A stretch of DNA of 64,000 bases from Escherichia coli (GTDB lineage: Bacteria > Pseudomonadota > Gammaproteobacteria > Enterobacterales > Enterobacteriaceae). The stretch lies in the NCBI RefSeq assembly GCF_003334815.1, contig NZ_QOWO01000018.1; one strand, 5' to 3'. Below are positions 63,745-64,000 of the stretch, in pieces. The position numbers were made by a program, and so were the translations under genes. The notes beneath the pieces were generated by a model that saw only the letters and a program-made list of their open reading frames with translations, was not told the DNA's origin and did no database searches. The first letter of the stretch is position 1. Every line of letters starts with the position of its first letter.

Positions 63745-64000
63745 ATGCGGGTATTCAAAACAAAACTTATTCGCCTGCAACTTACAGCAGAGGAACTTGA
63801 TGCGTTAACGGCGGATTTTATTTCCTATAAGCGTGACGGTGTTTTGCCAGATATATTTGGTCGCGATGCACTCTACGACGACTCCTTTACCTGGCCATTA
63901 ATCAAATTTGAGCGAGTTGCTCATATTCATCTGGCAAATGAGAATAATCCATTTCCGCCACAGTTGCGCCAATTCAGCAGAACGAATGACGAAGCGCATT
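63745..64000 (+). CDS. yafO: Toxin YafO (ribosome-dependent mRNA interferase), 5' partial at window end
   Basis: ATG at 63745 with AAGGA RBS; translation MRVFKTKLIRLQLTAEELDALTADFISYKRDGVLPDIFGRDALYDD...; runs off the window. Confidence 0.75.
   Translation, partial: MRVFKTKLIRLQLTAEELDALTADFISYKRDGVLPDIFGRDALYDDSFTWPLIKFERVAHIHLANENNPFPPQLRQFSRTNDEAH

Overview
This window looks like an Escherichia coli-type chromosomal segment, identified by recognition of gene products and order (no database search was possible). It starts at the 3' end of an rrn operon (5S rRNA tail, tRNA-Asp) and runs through the conserved block dkgB-yafC-yafD-yafE-mltD-gloB-yafS-rnhA-dnaQ-aspV. Downstream of the second tRNA-Asp (aspV) is a low-GC, degenerate type VI secretion/Rhs remnant: yafT, ykfM, a 304-aa yafU-like membrane protein, hcp, a membrane-protein fragment, an orphan tssB, and an Hcp-Rhs fusion truncated by an H-repeat (ISAs1-type) transposase fragment. 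Core genes yafV-ivy-fadE-gmhA-yafJ-yafK follow, then the dinJ-yafQ toxin-antitoxin pair, yafL and REP-flanked rayT. From about 24.3 kb to 62.3 kb there is an apparently intact Flag-2 lateral flagellar locus (lfhA to lafU, roughly 40 genes), which is reduced to an lfhA'-'lafU scar in E. coli K-12. The window ends with dinB-yafN and the start of yafO. The most interesting content is a non-flagellar module inside Flag-2: a TagD-like glycerol-3-phosphate cytidylyltransferase, a large multidomain glycosyltransferase with a TagF-like domain, and a hypothetical gene behind a sigma-54-type promoter, which may modify the lateral flagellum. Other points are the T6SS remnant with a possible Hcp-linked effector/immunity pair, a MITE-like inverted-repeat element, and abundant REP/BIME repeats. 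All coordinates and start-codon choices come from reading the sequence and the ORF track; family assignments are by motif recognition and should be confirmed by homology search.
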